A stretch of 43,543 bases of DNA, taken from the UHGV virus genome UHGV-0074709. One strand, given 5' to 3'. This document shows, in pieces, positions 16,476 through 26,409 of the stretch (position 1 is the first letter of the stretch; each line of letters starts with the position of its first letter). The notes beneath the pieces were generated by a model. It did not search any database, had not been told where the DNA came from, and saw only the letters and a program-made list of their open reading frames with translations. Position numbers and translations under genes: made by a program. The DNA is from a virus.

Positions 16476-16813
16476 CTTTTCCCTCGCTTTTTTGGTTTTA
16501 ATCTATACTTTTCAATTTGTTCCGCCTCAGATAAAGGCAAGCCCAAAACTTTAACCCGATAGTATACTGTATTATAGACAAGATTTTTCTCTATGCAGTA
16601 TTGCCTTAGAGATAAACCGTCCGTTTCCCACTCCCGGCGCAGCCTCTTGCGGTTGGCAGAGGCGCAAGCCTCGTCTACGGATATATCTTCGTCAATTATC
16701 CGCTGGCGCAAGGTGTGATAATTAAAACCGTTTTCATTGCACCAGTCAACGAGGCTTTGACCGTCCGACCGCCTATACATCGGAGTTTTCCATTTAACCC
16801 CTTTTTTCGGCAT
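16472..16813 (-). CDS. Small DNA-binding protein with two HNH-associated HTH-like repeats
   Basis: DGQSLVDWCNENGFNYHTLRQRI and DGLSLRQYCIEKNLVYNTVYYRV. Confidence 0.7.
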   Translation of the reverse strand: MPKKGVKWKTPMYRRSDGQSLVDWCNENGFNYHTLRQRIIDEDISVDEACASANRKRLRREWETDGLSLRQYCIEKNLVYNTVYYRVKVLGLPLSEAEQIEKYRLKPKKRGKR

Positions 16814-17063
16814 TTTTTTTGCTCCGGGCTATTTTTTCATAGTCGGCGGCAGTGCTGCCCTTTTTAACAATCATCCCGCAGTGGGAGCAACGCCACTTGC
16901 CGAAAAAGGCATTATCCACCCCGCATACAAGCCAGACAAAAAGCCACACCCCGCACGTGATAATAGATAAAAACAAATGCAAGATATGGGAAGTGCCTTT
17001 TTTCTGGATTAAAACTTGCTTTTCGCAATACGGGCAATATCCCGTTCCGTTTATTATAGCCAT
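16794..17063 (-). CDS. LITAF-like zinc-ribbon membrane protein
   Basis: CPYC, hydrophobic hairpin (HLFLSIITCGVWL), then CSHC. Confidence 0.75.
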   Translation of the reverse strand: MAIINGTGYCPYCEKQVLIQKKGTSHILHLFLSIITCGVWLFVWLVCGVDNAFFGKWRCSHCGMIVKKGSTAADYEKIARSKKNAEKRG

Positions 17064-17069
17064 TTTTAT

Positions 17070-17366
17070 TTACTCCTTTAAATAGTTGTTTTCGTTCAAT
17101 ATGTTTTCCGCCAGTTGTTCGGCGGCGTATTCTATGTCCATCTCAAATATGCTTTCAACGCTAAACACGCCGGTTCTGACTTCCGGTATACATTCAGAAT
17201 AATATTGTTTTGCCGCCATTATACACGCGCCCGTTTCTATAACTGTTTTAGGCGGACGGTATCCGTCAACATTGAAAGGACTAAAAGCAACCGCTTTATT
17301 GTCTGCTTTGCATATTCCCACAAAGCGCAAGTGGTCGATGCCTTTTATAACGATAAATTTTTCCAA
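17070..17366 (-). CDS. Hypothetical protein
   Basis: AAGGAG RBS; operon packing. Confidence 0.7.
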   Translation of the reverse strand: MEKFIVIKGIDHLRFVGICKADNKAVAFSPFNVDGYRPPKTVIETGACIMAAKQYYSECIPEVRTGVFSVESIFEMDIEYAAEQLAENILNENNYLKE

Positions 17367-17641
17367 TCTTTTATCTCCTTATAAATAGAGGTTAATTCCT
17401 CAAAGGCTTTTTGCTGGTTAGATTTTCCGGTTATATCCGAAAAGTCATCGGTAACATAAAGCCAGTGCATAGCGTTGTTTACGGATTGAGCGCACTTTAT
17501 AATAAGGTGTTGCAATTCCCGGTTGTTATGCTGCAACATCTCGCATAAATTGATTGTGGATAACAAAACATCAGAACTTCTTTTCCCGTCATTGCAAGTG
17601 TTTAATTCGTCTTGCGATTTTACAATGTTCTTTTTAGGCAT
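17345..17641 (-). CDS. Hypothetical protein
   Basis: Directly follows the exonuclease gene. Confidence 0.65.
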   Translation of the reverse strand: MPKKNIVKSQDELNTCNDGKRSSDVLLSTINLCEMLQHNNRELQHLIIKCAQSVNNAMHWLYVTDDFSDITGKSNQQKAFEELTSIYKEIKDWKNLSL

Positions 17642-17642
17642 T

Positions 17643-18485
17643 TTAATCGTTCCCCCTATTCAAATACCAGTTAGAATACCGCATATATACCCTTTCAGGA
17701 TATGCCGCGAAAATATGCTTGTCTTTTGTTTCTTCAAAATCCTTGATTTTGTGGGCTATGTTATACAGGTGGCTTGCCCAGATGTCCCGCGCCGCCTCAA
17801 ATGTTTCTTGTTCAATATTGCAGACGGCAATAACATCTTCATAACCTGGCTCGTTTGATTGAATAATAAAAACGAATTCAACCGGATATTCGCCGTATCT
17901 TTCCCGAACTGCCTCGCAATAGTGGACGGCTTGGAGCGGATATTGCAGTTTTTCAGGCCATTTAATAACACCGTCAATATCGGAGCTTGTTTTATAGTCA
18001 ATTAAAACAATTCCCTGACTTGTGCGCTTTATAGCGTCAATTTTAGCCTTGCAATCAACATCATTTTCTTCATTGTGCCAAACAATAGGAAGTTCGGCAG
18101 TTGCCCCGGTTACAATCTTTTTGACTTCCGGGTGGGAGCGAAGATTCGCCAGCATAGCCGTTGCGTGATTCCACTCATCCTGACTAATGACGATTTTCCC
18201 CGGGTTTTCCTTTTTTGTTTTCTGATATGCCTTGTTTTTCCGGGATTGTCCGAAATCGGCGATAACATACCGGTTTTGTGCCGCTCTGGGTTCAAGTAGG
18301 AGGCAATGAGCAAGCCCGCCGAATATTAATGCGTCTTTGTCTTCTTCCTGCACTGCGTCAGGATTAAAAGGCGAGGTGCGCCAAAACTCATACGGGCTTT
18401 TGTCGTATGTTTTTATTTGGCTGGCCGATATTGCCGGATAGGCGAAATAATCATCGTCTGATTTTATGTCAATATCTTTTAACAT
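17643..18485 (-). CDS. RecE/exonuclease VIII-like PD-(D/E)xK nuclease (DUF3799-like)
   Basis: ISASQIK, FGGLAHCLLLEP, CKAKID, IDYKTS and YPLQAVHY motifs. Confidence 0.9.
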   Translation of the reverse strand: MLKDIDIKSDDDYFAYPAISASQIKTYDKSPYEFWRTSPFNPDAVQEEDKDALIFGGLAHCLLLEPRAAQNRYVIADFGQSRKNKAYQKTKKENPGKIVISQDEWNHATAMLANLRSHPEVKKIVTGATAELPIVWHNEENDVDCKAKIDAIKRTSQGIVLIDYKTSSDIDGVIKWPEKLQYPLQAVHYCEAVRERYGEYPVEFVFIIQSNEPGYEDVIAVCNIEQETFEAARDIWASHLYNIAHKIKDFEETKDKHIFAAYPERVYMRYSNWYLNRGND

Positions 18486-18500
18486 TTTCTTACTCCTTAA

Positions 18501-18656
18501 TTAAATGTTGCGGCAGTTGATTGAAAATAAGCAGTGCTGTTCTTGCAGGTTTTCACGTTCTTGGCGGCATAACTCCGCGTCAATGCCGAAAAGAATAAGC
18601 CAGCCGAACATTGTGCCAGTAAACCCGCAAATAAATCCGATAATAAATGCCTTCAT
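18501..18656 (-). CDS. 51-aa membrane peptide, first gene of the leftward early operon
   Basis: AAGGAG RBS; MKAFIIGFICGFTGTMFGWLILFG... Confidence 0.55.
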   Translation of the reverse strand: MKAFIIGFICGFTGTMFGWLILFGIDAELCRQERENLQEQHCLFSINCRNI

Positions 18657-18689
18657 CTGTATCACTCCTTTTTAAAATCGTTGTGGTGT

Positions 18690-18730
18690 TGATATAGTCA
18701 TATATATCCGAAAATCTGATATTGTCAACA
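18690..18730 (-). promoter_or_regulatory. Early sigma70 promoter with an operator-like dyad
   Basis: TGTTGACAATATCAgattttcGGATATATATGACTAT, near-identical to 43037-43073. Confidence 0.7.
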
Positions 18731-18853
18731 ACTTTTTTATAATTTTTCAAAAATTTTTTAATTGTGTGCAAAAAAGGTTTATTTGCGCGGTGTTGACTAA
18801 GGTTTATTTTTGCGTTTATCATAAAGGCACAAACAAAAAAAGGAGTTTTGTTA

Positions 18854-20026
18854 ATGTTTGTTAAATCGGAACGTGTAAAAATCGGCAATAATTGGCGGAT
18901 TGACGATGACGGGTTTATGCTGGTGCGTGCCAGGGTATTAAAAGAGGGCATTTTCCCGTATCGGACAAGTGAAATTGAGGGCTTAAAAGAAGAACTGCCG
19001 GTTATAGACGTATATATTCCAGCAGCAGAATTTACCCCCGCCGCATTAAAAACAGGCGAGGGCGACCCGGTTATCATTGATGAACACGCGTGGCGGACGG
19101 CAGACAATACGCTGAAAGACGGGTTGACCAAAGGCACGGTTGCAGGGAATTTGACCGTTGACAGCAAAGGCGGCGTTGTCTGCGAGTTTAAGATTTATGA
19201 CGCTGACACCATTAACAAAATAAAAAGCGGCGAGCTGGTGGAAGTATCCGCCGGGTATGAAGCCGATTTTGTGAAAGAAGACGGCAGCTTTGCCGGTATG
19301 CCCTACGGGTATAAGCAACAAAACATCGTATTCAATCATATGCTACTTTGCCATAAAGGCGAGGGGCGTTGCGGTGCTGATGTTAGAGTTTTTAACAAAA
19401 AAACAGGAGTAGAAAAAATGACTGTAAAAATCCGTTATAAAGTTGGAAATACCGACAAAGAAGTTGAGTTTTCCAACGAAGATGACGCAAAAAAAGCCGA
19501 GGATATGGCTAAAGACCTGTCCGGGGCTAAAGGTGCAGAAATTGACAATGCGCTTGACGAAATCAAGGAAAAGAAAGAACAGATTGAAACCCTGAACGCC
19601 GAACTTGAAGAGGCAAAGCGCAAAGTTGAAGAATACAAGCAGAAACTTGACGAGGCTTTGAGTCCAGAGGCGCAAGAGGCACTTGCCGAGGATATTCTGG
19701 AACAGCGCGAGGCAGAAGACGCGGTTATTGAAACCGAAGTGGAAGACGAGGAAAAAGAAGAAGTCCGTAATGCTTGCAAGGCAATGAATCGGGCTGAAAG
19801 ACTTGTCCACTTGGCAAGCCACGTTATGAACAAAAAAGGCGTTGACATTAAAGAGTGGAGCGATGACCAGAAGATTGGCGCGTTTATGGCGATTGCCGCC
19901 GAGGCAAAAGCTAAAATCGGCAACAAAAAGAAACTTGTAGCCGGTGCCGGGGTTGTTTCTGCAAAAACCGGTAACAGCGGACTGGACGCGAAGTCCCGTA
20001 TGCTGATGTTTCGTAACAAAAAATAG
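18854..20026 (+). CDS. Prohead protease/scaffold (DUF2213-like)
   Basis: DGFM..., EVSAGY and NHMLL..GRCG motifs followed by an acidic coiled coil; AGGAG RBS. Confidence 0.88.
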   Translation: MFVKSERVKIGNNWRIDDDGFMLVRARVLKEGIFPYRTSEIEGLKEELPVIDVYIPAAEFTPAALKTGEGDPVIIDEHAWRTADNTLKDGLTKGTVAGNLTVDSKGGVVCEFKIYDADTINKIKSGELVEVSAGYEADFVKEDGSFAGMPYGYKQQNIVFNHMLLCHKGEGRCGADVRVFNKKTGVEKMTVKIRYKVGNTDKEVEFSNEDDAKKAEDMAKDLSGAKGAEIDNALDEIKEKKEQIETLNAELEEAKRKVEEYKQKLDEALSPEAQEALAEDILEQREAEDAVIETEVEDEEKEEVRNACKAMNRAERLVHLASHVMNKKGVDIKEWSDDQKIGAFMAIAAEAKAKIGNKKKLVAGAGVVSAKTGNSGLDAKSRMLMFRNKK

Positions 20027-20040
20027 AGGAGTAAAAAAAG

Positions 20041-21012
20041 ATGAGTAACAATAGAGGCATTTACGGCGGTGTGCCGTTTGGCGCTATTCAAACCAACTTT
20101 TACGACCAGCAGGAAACCTCTGCAGACGGGCGGTTAGCTTATGCAAGCGATATTGACCTCTGCGATGCCATATCTGTTGGCGAAGAGGGCGGTGTTGGCG
20201 TTGGCTATGGCGTAAAAATCGTCGCTTTGTCCGGTGCGGCAAAACGCCCGGGAATTAACGACCAGCAGATTATTCTGCCGGATAGTTCTTCAACCGCTGC
20301 TGATTTTGGCGGTATGGTTATCCGCACAATGGCTGGCAATACCGGCGCTGACGGCGAAAACTATATGCGCGAAAAATCAATGGCAACCGTTCTGCGTAAA
20401 GAAAGAGTCGGCGGGCGTATTTATGTTCGTATGGCTGACGCTTTTACGGCTGGGGCTTCCGCTTATTGGCGTATTGCCGAACGCGTGCCGAATAGCAATG
20501 TTAAAGTAGGGCGTTTGTGCGGCGCGGCAATCTCCGGGCAGGGAACAACCCCGGCGGTAGCTGCAACCGGAACTGTAACCTTTACCGAAAATCCGGCAGA
20601 TGGCGACACGCTCAAAATCGGAAGCACGACCTATACCTTTAAGACATCACCGGCAGCTGCAAATGATGTTGCCATTAAAGGGACTGTATATGAAACAGCC
20701 CAGAATTTGGCGGACGTTATCAACGGCGATTCCGGCGAGGCATACGAGGGGACAACCTCTCCGTCTTTGGATGTTTCGGCAGAAGTTGAGGCTGGCGTAA
20801 TGACTTTGACTGCACGCACGGCTGGAACTGGCGGCAACAGCTTGGCTTTGGTGCAGACCGGCGATTTTGCAAACGTATCCGGCGCGACCTTGTCCGGTGG
20901 CGCTAATTCGTCAACCTCATCGGTAACCGATACAGTGCAGCTGCCGAATGTTAAGTTTAGAAGTTCCGGCGCTGCTGGCGACTTGGCTTTGGTTGAATTT
21001 GTAACCGACTAG
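20041..21012 (+). CDS. Head decoration/cement protein with an inserted T/G/A-rich domain
   Basis: Lies between the protease and capsid genes; ATVLRK..GRIYV; insert ATGTVTFTENPADGDTL. Confidence 0.7.
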   Translation: MSNNRGIYGGVPFGAIQTNFYDQQETSADGRLAYASDIDLCDAISVGEEGGVGVGYGVKIVALSGAAKRPGINDQQIILPDSSSTAADFGGMVIRTMAGNTGADGENYMREKSMATVLRKERVGGRIYVRMADAFTAGASAYWRIAERVPNSNVKVGRLCGAAISGQGTTPAVAATGTVTFTENPADGDTLKIGSTTYTFKTSPAAANDVAIKGTVYETAQNLADVINGDSGEAYEGTTSPSLDVSAEVEAGVMTLTARTAGTGGNSLALVQTGDFANVSGATLSGGANSSTSSVTDTVQLPNVKFRSSGAAGDLALVEFVTD

Positions 21013-21029
21013 AATAAGGAGTATAGAAA

Positions 21030-22013
21030 ATGAGTATCACTTATGGTGGACAAAAGGCAGTAACCGCACAGGAAGTTGCTTTTTCAATCTATACAGCCGT
21101 TGATTCCGCATTTTTTGACGTTGAATACCCGGAGCAGGACTGGTATAAAGTCCTTAAAGACGACCAGATTATCTCCAACATCAACGCAGGCGCACAGAAC
21201 TACGGGTTTATTACCCGCGACCGTCAAGGCTCTGCAGCGTTTATCGGACAGGCTGAAAACAATAACATCCCGATGGTTTCGCAGTCTATCGGCGCGGTAA
21301 CCGTTCCGCTGGCTGCCTCTGCCGTTGGGGCAAAAATCAACAACGAAGACGCTAGACAATGGCAGTTTGGCTTTAATGGCAATCTGGCGCAAGAACTTGG
21401 CGAAATTATGCGTGTTGCTTGCGACAACCTGATTGAAACGTCAACAATGTTCGGCGATTCTTCCGTTGGGTTCCAGGGCTTCATCAATTATCCGGGTGTT
21501 GTCATCTCTAACGCTATGCCGTCCGAATCGGTTCCGGCATCTACAAAGTGGGAAGACAAGACGGCGCAGGAAATGATTAAAGACGTGCAGTCGGCTATCC
21601 GCGCGGTATATCTCCGCACCAGAACGGTTATGCTGCCGAATGTTGTCTTTTTGCCGCCTGAACAGTTTTCTATGTTGAACGATACGCCGTTCACGTTGGG
21701 GACTGGCGGGGCAACAGCCGCATTTAGCTCTGCGCTGGATTACCTGAAACGCAATAACCTGTATACACAGTTGCGCGGGCAGGAATTGGAAATCGTCCCG
21801 ATTCGTTATCTGCAGGGCGCAGGTGTTGACGGTGCAAACCGTATGGTTGTTCAAGACCGTAGCGCGAAAAATCAGGCTATGCCGTTCCCGCTGCCCTATC
21901 AGGTGCAAGCGCCGGTTCCGGTCCCGCTTGGTGCCGAGTTCTATTCTGAACAGAAACACGGCTCGTATGCTATGCGTCAACCTGCAGCGACTATGTATGT
22001 TGACGGCATTTAA
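21030..22013 (+). CDS. Major capsid protein (DUF2184-like)
   Basis: Position and size; FGD..GFINYP, W..KTAQEMIKDV, and C-terminal P..YVDGI. Confidence 0.9.
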   Translation: MSITYGGQKAVTAQEVAFSIYTAVDSAFFDVEYPEQDWYKVLKDDQIISNINAGAQNYGFITRDRQGSAAFIGQAENNNIPMVSQSIGAVTVPLAASAVGAKINNEDARQWQFGFNGNLAQELGEIMRVACDNLIETSTMFGDSSVGFQGFINYPGVVISNAMPSESVPASTKWEDKTAQEMIKDVQSAIRAVYLRTRTVMLPNVVFLPPEQFSMLNDTPFTLGTGGATAAFSSALDYLKRNNLYTQLRGQELEIVPIRYLQGAGVDGANRMVVQDRSAKNQAMPFPLPYQVQAPVPVPLGAEFYSEQKHGSYAMRQPAATMYVDGI

Positions 22014-22044
22014 TCATAACTTTTGAAAATGGGGGATAAATACA

Positions 22045-22608
22045 ATGGCTTTTCAAAAAGGGAATAAATTAGGCAAGGCGGCAAAAAAAGCCGCCGAGCC
22101 TAAAAAAGAGGTTAAGGCAGCGGCAGAAAACAAAGCGGAAGAGGTAAAAGACTCTGATGTTTTGGCGGCAGTCAATCAGGAAAAACTGGCAGCAGCGCAA
22201 GGCGTGAAAAAAGAGGCGCAACCGGTAGAAAAGGAATATATACCGGCTAGTAAGTCATATTACACGGTTTGGAATATGTCCGTAAATCCGCTTTTGTTGA
22301 GAATCGGCAAGCACGAAATTGAGATAATCTCGCGTGAGTGCAAAAAGGTTGACGCAGATATTTTTGAAGAACTGTTAAAACTTCAATATATCCGCAATTT
22401 GCTTGACAAGGGGCTTTTACGGGCAACCAAACAAGTGGATAAGGACGAGCCGTTAAGTAAAGATATATCGGTGCAGAAAGCCCCGGAATATCTGACGGAA
22501 AACGTAAGCCGGACAGACGGGGTTATGACCATTGCCGCGGAAGTCAAAAAAGACGCAGGCGGCAAGGCTTTTAAACCTGCTGGTTCTATTGATATTAACT
22601 TAGGGTAA
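22045..22608 (+). CDS. Hypothetical virion-associated protein
   Basis: Position after the capsid gene. Confidence 0.7.
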   Translation: MAFQKGNKLGKAAKKAAEPKKEVKAAAENKAEEVKDSDVLAAVNQEKLAAAQGVKKEAQPVEKEYIPASKSYYTVWNMSVNPLLLRIGKHEIEIISRECKKVDADIFEELLKLQYIRNLLDKGLLRATKQVDKDEPLSKDISVQKAPEYLTENVSRTDGVMTIAAEVKKDAGGKAFKPAGSIDINLG

Positions 22609-22614
22609 AACAAA

Positions 22615-23034
22615 ATGGCGTTCGTTTATGTGGATTTTATAAAAGCATATCCCGAGTTTGCCGGGATTGAGCAATCGGCAATCAATTATCGGGGGTGCTT
22701 TGCCGACAGGTTTGTGAGCGACACGACCTTTGGCGAGTTTCGGACGGACGCCGTTTTTTTATTCACGGCGCATTGTCTGGCGATTGAGTTCAATATCTCT
22801 TCAGGTTTGGCAAATGCCGGTAAAAATTCCAGTATGTTAAATACCGGAGTGGCGAGTTCAATCAGTGCCAGCAATGCGAGCTTATCACAATCTTTTGTAA
22901 ACAATTCTTTGATAACAAGCGACAACCCGCTTTTTGCCGATTTGGGAAGAACGGTTTACGGCTTGCGATTCCTTGAATTGTTGCAGATGTGCGCGCTTTA
23001 TGGCTATGTTGTTTTAAGCCCGGACACGTTTTAA
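22615..23034 (+). CDS. Head-tail adaptor (DUF4054-like)
   Basis: F..YPEF, LFTAH and TVYG.RF motifs. Confidence 0.8.
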   Translation: MAFVYVDFIKAYPEFAGIEQSAINYRGCFADRFVSDTTFGEFRTDAVFLFTAHCLAIEFNISSGLANAGKNSSMLNTGVASSISASNASLSQSFVNNSLITSDNPLFADLGRTVYGLRFLELLQMCALYGYVVLSPDTF

Positions 23035-23047
23035 AGGATTTGGAAAA

Positions 23048-23566
23048 ATGCAGGCGACCGCGACTTTTCAACAGAAAAATAAAGGTTTTGCCGAAAAGCT
23101 TTTAAAGAAAGCAAAAAAAATGCAAGGCCTTGAGGCGGCTTGCGGTTTTCCGAATACAGTCAATTTGAAATATGATAACGGCGCAAGTGTTATTGATGTG
23201 GCTATTTGGAATAACTACGGGACTTATAACAGCCCAGCGCGTGATTTTATGACCCCCGCAGTCAATAACATAAAGGCGCAGTGGGGTAAAATGACAAAAG
23301 CAGCAATGCCCGCCATAAACGCCGGAAAACTTGACGCAGAAGTTGTTTTAAATCAAGGCGGCAATATGGCGCAAGGCGAGATAAGGAAGTCAATCGTTGA
23401 CTTAAAAGACCCGCCGAATGCGCCGTTTACTGTTTCCGGCGGGTGGATGCACAACAAGAAAAGCGGCAAGCTTTTTTACGCCGAGGGCAAAGGTTCAGAT
23501 AATCCGTTGGTTGATACCGGTAAAATGCTTGGTGCGGTAACTTATACGATAAGGGAAAGGAGTTAA
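23048..23566 (+). CDS. Neck/tail completion protein
   Basis: NNYGT..SPARDF, PPNAP and KGSDNPLVDTG motifs. Confidence 0.8.
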   Translation: MQATATFQQKNKGFAEKLLKKAKKMQGLEAACGFPNTVNLKYDNGASVIDVAIWNNYGTYNSPARDFMTPAVNNIKAQWGKMTKAAMPAINAGKLDAEVVLNQGGNMAQGEIRKSIVDLKDPPNAPFTVSGGWMHNKKSGKLFYAEGKGSDNPLVDTGKMLGAVTYTIRERS

Positions 23567-23570
23567 AGCG

Positions 23571-23990
23571 TTGTCTGTTTTGCCTATGGATTTTAGCTAT
23601 ACTTTACAGGCGTTCGGGCGCAACCATAGCGTAAGCGCCTACGAAAAGCGTGGCGAATTAAAAGGAGGGCGCTGGATTAAGACGATAGAGAATCGCCGGG
23701 CAGTTGCCAACTGTATTTTGCTTAATATTGAAGAAAAAACGCTTGAATTGATAGCCGAGGGAAATTTGGTTGACGAGGCGTATTGCGTGATGTTTCAGGA
23801 TATGCAAGATACGTTTTACATTGCCGACCAGCAAAACGCGGATATTCAACCGTTGCAGACTTTTCTTGAAATTGACGGCAAGGAATTTATTGTTATGAAA
23901 AACCCGGCAACACACAAAAATGCAAACTTTAAGAGCTACTATGCGATTCGGTATAAGGATATAAAAAACGATGTCAATGCAGGCGCTTAA
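23571..23990 (+). CDS. Head-closure-like protein
   Basis: Position in the neck module; AGGAG before a TTG start. Confidence 0.65.
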   Translation: MSVLPMDFSYTLQAFGRNHSVSAYEKRGELKGGRWIKTIENRRAVANCILLNIEEKTLELIAEGNLVDEAYCVMFQDMQDTFYIADQQNADIQPLQTFLEIDGKEFIVMKNPATHKNANFKSYYAIRYKDIKNDVNAGA

Positions 23991-24585
23991 CATAGACGAA
24001 CAATTAGAACGGGCTAGGCAGCTTTTTCGGAGCTTGGCGGAAGTTGCCACTGGTTTGCCGTGCGTTATAGCGCCTTATGACGGACCGACTCCGGCAAATC
24101 AATATTGTTCTGTTTGGGTTAAGGAGTTAAGCCCGGAGCAATACGATATACAATACACCGGTTTTAATGATGAGGGCGATTTTTACATTGACCAGAAAAA
24201 CGAAACATATTTAAAAGTGGAGTTTAAAGCCTTTGGACAAGGGGCGCTTGCAGCGCTGGAGAAAGTCATCAGCGAGCTTAAAAGCCCGGAGCGGGGGTAT
24301 GGTGCGACCGATGATGAAGACCCGCTTGAAAGGATAAAAAACGCGCCTTTGTGGCAGTATCTTGGATATGGCGGGCACGATAATATTCAGGATATATCAA
24401 CGGTTGTTTTAGGCAAGGTTTTGCCACAAGCAGTCGTTAACGTTTATTTTTATGCAAACTTGAGCACGGTTAAAGTCATAGAGGGTTTTGACGTGGTTGA
24501 CTTAAACGTTAGTGTTCGTGATAATAAAGAAGATATTTTTACGGTAAAAATAGGAGGACAACAAAATGTCAATAACACCGATTGA
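23971..24585 (+). CDS. Tail terminator-like protein
   Basis: Position immediately before the sheath gene. Confidence 0.65.
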   Translation: MSMQALNIDEQLERARQLFRSLAEVATGLPCVIAPYDGPTPANQYCSVWVKELSPEQYDIQYTGFNDEGDFYIDQKNETYLKVEFKAFGQGALAALEKVISELKSPERGYGATDDEDPLERIKNAPLWQYLGYGGHDNIQDISTVVLGKVLPQAVVNVYFYANLSTVKVIEGFDVVDLNVSVRDNKEDIFTVKIGGQQNVNNTD

Positions 24586-26395
24586 ACTTGACGTTCAAAT
24601 TAGTTTAAGCAGAGCGCAGTCATTGACCCCTACGGATATGACGTTGCAATGCTTTAATACGCCGAACGTTGATTTTTTGCACGGGGAGCGCGTCCGGTTT
24701 TTCAGCGACAGCGATTCCTTTAATGAAATTACAACAAGCGGCAGCTCTGTATACTGGGCGGGCAATGCCTTTTTCGGCTTGACTTCCCACCCGGCGCAGA
24801 TTGCCGTAGGGCGCATTTTTACGGAAAATCAGCCGGCATATTTGCTTAGCTCATCTATTGACTATGCAGCTTTAGCCTCTGTTTCCGAGGGTGTTTTTAG
24901 CGTAGCGATTGACGGCGTGCGGCAGGAATTATCGCCAACCAACTTTTCCGGCGTTACAAACCTGCAGACTTTAATTGCCGCTTTGACACCGTCCGCAAAC
25001 GCGAACTTTATTGTTGAAGAATATAACGGCAATTTGATTTTGAAGAGCAAGACAAACGGCGCAAACTCATCTATCGGATACGCCGCCGCGCCGACTGCTA
25101 CGGAAATTGAAACACCGGCAGTTTTGACCGGAGGCACGGTAACACCGGCAAGTCTGACAAGCATATCAGACGGCTCTTTTAAAATCTCTGTTAACGGCGA
25201 TGAAAAAGATATTACCGGGCTTAACTTTGCAAGTGCTGACGATATTAACGGCGTTGTAACGGTTTTGACCGGAAAGATTGACGGCGTAACTGTTACGGCA
25301 AATGAAGAAAGCTTGATTTTGACGACAACCGAAACAGGAAATGCGGCGACCTTGGCTTTTGCAAGCGCCGGTTCTGCAGGGACTGACGTTTCGGCGTTGC
25401 TTGGCTTGACTTCCGGGGCTGGCGCTACGGTTGCAAACGGCACAACGACACCGGTTGTTGATATATCCGAGATGTTAGGATTGACGCAGGAAAGCGGCGC
25501 AAGCTTGCAAGCGTCCGGTTATGTTGCGGGTTCAATCACCGAAGAGCTGGCGGCAAACCGCGCTTATATCCAAAACATCGGTTCAAATGCTTATGCTTGG
25601 AGCTTGGACGCGGAATACAGGGACACGCAGGACGCACAGGATTTTGCCTCTTGGGTTAATGGCTTGGGTGTTGAGGGTGTAACTTGTATCGTAACAAACA
25701 ACCCGAACGTATTAAGCGCTTCCGATACATCAAACATTGCCTATATCTGCAATTCTATGAATTATCAGGGCGTGGCAACATTTTATCACGATAACGCGCA
25801 AGTTTACCCGGACGTTGCTTATTTAGCGACTTTGCAGTCGGTTAACTATGCAACGGCAAACAGCGTTTTGGATATGAAGTTTAAAAACTTGGGTTCTATC
25901 CCGGCTGTTACCTTGCCGGACTTGAACACAAACCCGACAACGCTGGACAACAAGCGCTGCAACACGATTACCTATTGGGGAACGCGGGACGCTTTGTGTG
26001 TGAGAAACGGCGACCAGTCGTCAAGTTTGTGGCGTTCGGATTTGTGGGTTAACGTCTGCAACTTCATCGCCGAATTGAAAATCAATGTTGCGAACGTATT
26101 TTTGCGCAACAAAAAAGTTGCGTATACGGTTGGTGGGCAGACCCTGTTGACTTCCGCAATCACGCAAACGTGTGATGCCTATGTAACGAACGGGAGCTTT
26201 GCCGACCGTGAATATGCAGACAGCACGGCAGAAAACGGGGTTTCGCTGCAAAAAGCCTACACAATCACGCCGCAGCCTATATCCAGTTCAACGGCAGCAC
26301 AGCGCCGCGCTGGTATCGGCACGCCGTTCGCTATTGTGTTGAACGACAGCGGAAGTATGCGGAGTGTTGCAATCTCTATTGAAGTTGTTGATTAA
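24566..26395 (+). CDS. Tail sheath protein (DUF3383-like)
   Basis: ERVRFF, MKFKNL and KVAYT..GQ motifs; size; followed by a tube gene. Confidence 0.88.
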   Translation: MSITPIELDVQISLSRAQSLTPTDMTLQCFNTPNVDFLHGERVRFFSDSDSFNEITTSGSSVYWAGNAFFGLTSHPAQIAVGRIFTENQPAYLLSSSIDYAALASVSEGVFSVAIDGVRQELSPTNFSGVTNLQTLIAALTPSANANFIVEEYNGNLILKSKTNGANSSIGYAAAPTATEIETPAVLTGGTVTPASLTSISDGSFKISVNGDEKDITGLNFASADDINGVVTVLTGKIDGVTVTANEESLILTTTETGNAATLAFASAGSAGTDVSALLGLTSGAGATVANGTTTPVVDISEMLGLTQESGASLQASGYVAGSITEELAANRAYIQNIGSNAYAWSLDAEYRDTQDAQDFASWVNGLGVEGVTCIVTNNPNVLSASDTSNIAYICNSMNYQGVATFYHDNAQVYPDVAYLATLQSVNYATANSVLDMKFKNLGSIPAVTLPDLNTNPTTLDNKRCNTITYWGTRDALCVRNGDQSSSLWRSDLWVNVCNFIAELKINVANVFLRNKKVAYTVGGQTLLTSAITQTCDAYVTNGSFADREYADSTAENGVSLQKAYTITPQPISSSTAAQRRAGIGTPFAIVLNDSGSMRSVAISIEVVD

Positions 26396-26409
26396 GAGGA
26401 GTTAAGACA

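Noticed and set aside
18580..19167. 195-aa minus-strand ORF
   Set aside because: It runs antisense to the protease gene and across the divergent promoter region, with no motifs.
19343..25443. Long minus-strand ORFs opposite structural genes (e.g. 19435..20091, 21441..21980, 24862..25443)
   Set aside because: S/F/T-rich antisense shadows with no RBS or motifs, unlike the intein antisense ORF.
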